A stretch of DNA of 35,745 nt from a virus (taxonomy: Duplodnaviria > Heunggongvirae > Uroviricota > Caudoviricetes), in the IMG/VR virus record IMGVR_UViG_2548876857_000008, one strand, 5' to 3'. Positions within the stretch are counted from its first letter, which is position 1; each line of letters opens with the position of its first letter. The translations under genes were made by a program, and so were the position numbers. Shown here piece after piece: positions 34,972-35,745 of this stretch. The notes under the pieces are model-generated. The model made no database searches. It saw only the letters and a program-made list of their open reading frames with translations, and was not told the origin of the DNA.

Positions 34972-35745
34972 ATGAAAACATTACCCATTATTCCGTGGCC
35001 CGGCGGTAAGCGTCGTCTGGCCAAAAAGTTATTACCGTTATTTCCTGAGCACCAGTGTTATGTAGAGCCATTCTGCGGCGGTGCAGCCTTGTATTTCATG
35101 AAGGAGCCGGTTGAAGCTGAAGTCCTGAACGATATCAACGGCGAACTGGTGAATCTGTACCGTGTGGTTAAAAATCATCTTGAAGAGTTTGTGCGCCAGT
35201 TCAAGTGGGCGTTGAGCAGCAGGCAGATTTTTGAATGGTCGAAAATGACCATCCCGGAGACGCTAACTGATATTCAGCGTGCAGCGCGGTTTTATTATCT
35301 CCAGAAGCAATCATTCGGAGGGAAAGTGGAATCACAGACGTATGGAACGGCGACCACTTCTGCACCACGGCTTAATCTGCTAAGGCTGGAAGAGGAGTTG
35401 AGCGCCGCCCATTTGCGGCTATCACGCACGTTTGTAGAACATTTACCGTGGCGTACCTGCATTGAGAAGTATGATCGCCCGCACACACTGTTCTATTGCG
35501 ATCCCCCGTATTGGGGAACGGAGGGCTACGGTGTTGAATTTGGACTGGAGCAGTACACCCAACTTGCAGAGTTGGCCAGAACGATAAAAGGCAGGATGTT
35601 GATCAGTGTGAACGATATCCCGGAGATGCGTGAAACCTTTGCGGACTTGTCGATTGATACGGTAGATATTCGCTATACGTTGAGCGGTGGGCCTAATGCT
35701 AATCGCTCGAAAGTCAGCCGTGAGCTGGTCATTCGTAACTGGTAA
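34972..35745 (+). CDS. DNA N6-adenine methyltransferase, Dam-like (D12 class)
   Basis: N-terminal PWPGGKRRL (AdoMet-binding motif I) and catalytic DPPY (CDPPYWGTEGYG). Complete ORF; its TAA ends at the window edge. Confidence 0.85.
   Translation: MKTLPIIPWPGGKRRLAKKLLPLFPEHQCYVEPFCGGAALYFMKEPVEAEVLNDINGELVNLYRVVKNHLEEFVRQFKWALSSRQIFEWSKMTIPETLTDIQRAARFYYLQKQSFGGKVESQTYGTATTSAPRLNLLRLEEELSAAHLRLSRTFVEHLPWRTCIEKYDRPHTLFYCDPPYWGTEGYGVEFGLEQYTQLAELARTIKGRMLISVNDIPEMRETFADLSIDTVDIRYTLSGGPNANRSKVSRELVIRNW

Noticed and set aside
34915-35010. 31-codon ORF overlapping the methyltransferase start, considered as a Com-like translational activator
   Set aside because: It has only one Cys, so it is not a Com-type zinc finger, and it has no ribosome-binding site.

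Overview
The window is almost entirely one Mu-like transposable (pro)phage, with neither phage end nor host flank visible. An early operon on the minus strand (7331 down to 20) encodes Ner, four small unknown proteins, a MuA-like DDE transposase, a MuB-like AAA+ protein, a MazG-like protein, zinc-ribbon proteins, GemA and Mor, with nearly every junction translationally coupled. It diverges at 7332-7412 from a plus-strand XRE-type repressor gene. Downstream of the repressor and before the lysis genes sits a three-gene, visibly AT-richer cassette (7862-10697): a lipoprotein, a homolog of the bacterial nucleoid-associated protein NdpA/YejK, and a coupled protein with C-terminal transmembrane helices. 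This is the best candidate for an undescribed prophage-borne defence or exclusion system. The rest is a Mu-ordered late region on the plus strand: lysis (holin-like, SLT transglycosylase, Rz with embedded Rz1), head genes, tail and baseplate genes, tail fibre, and a terminal Dam-class methyltransferase. Four late transcription-unit starts share an A/T-rich dyad motif followed by a hairpin that ends at the start codon. Other points: a candidate +1 frameshift in the tail chaperone gene, an antisense membrane-protein moron in the tail module, and tandem repeats in the tail-fibre gene. No rRNA, tRNA or CRISPR array was seen. All domain assignments are from reading motifs by eye, not from database searches.
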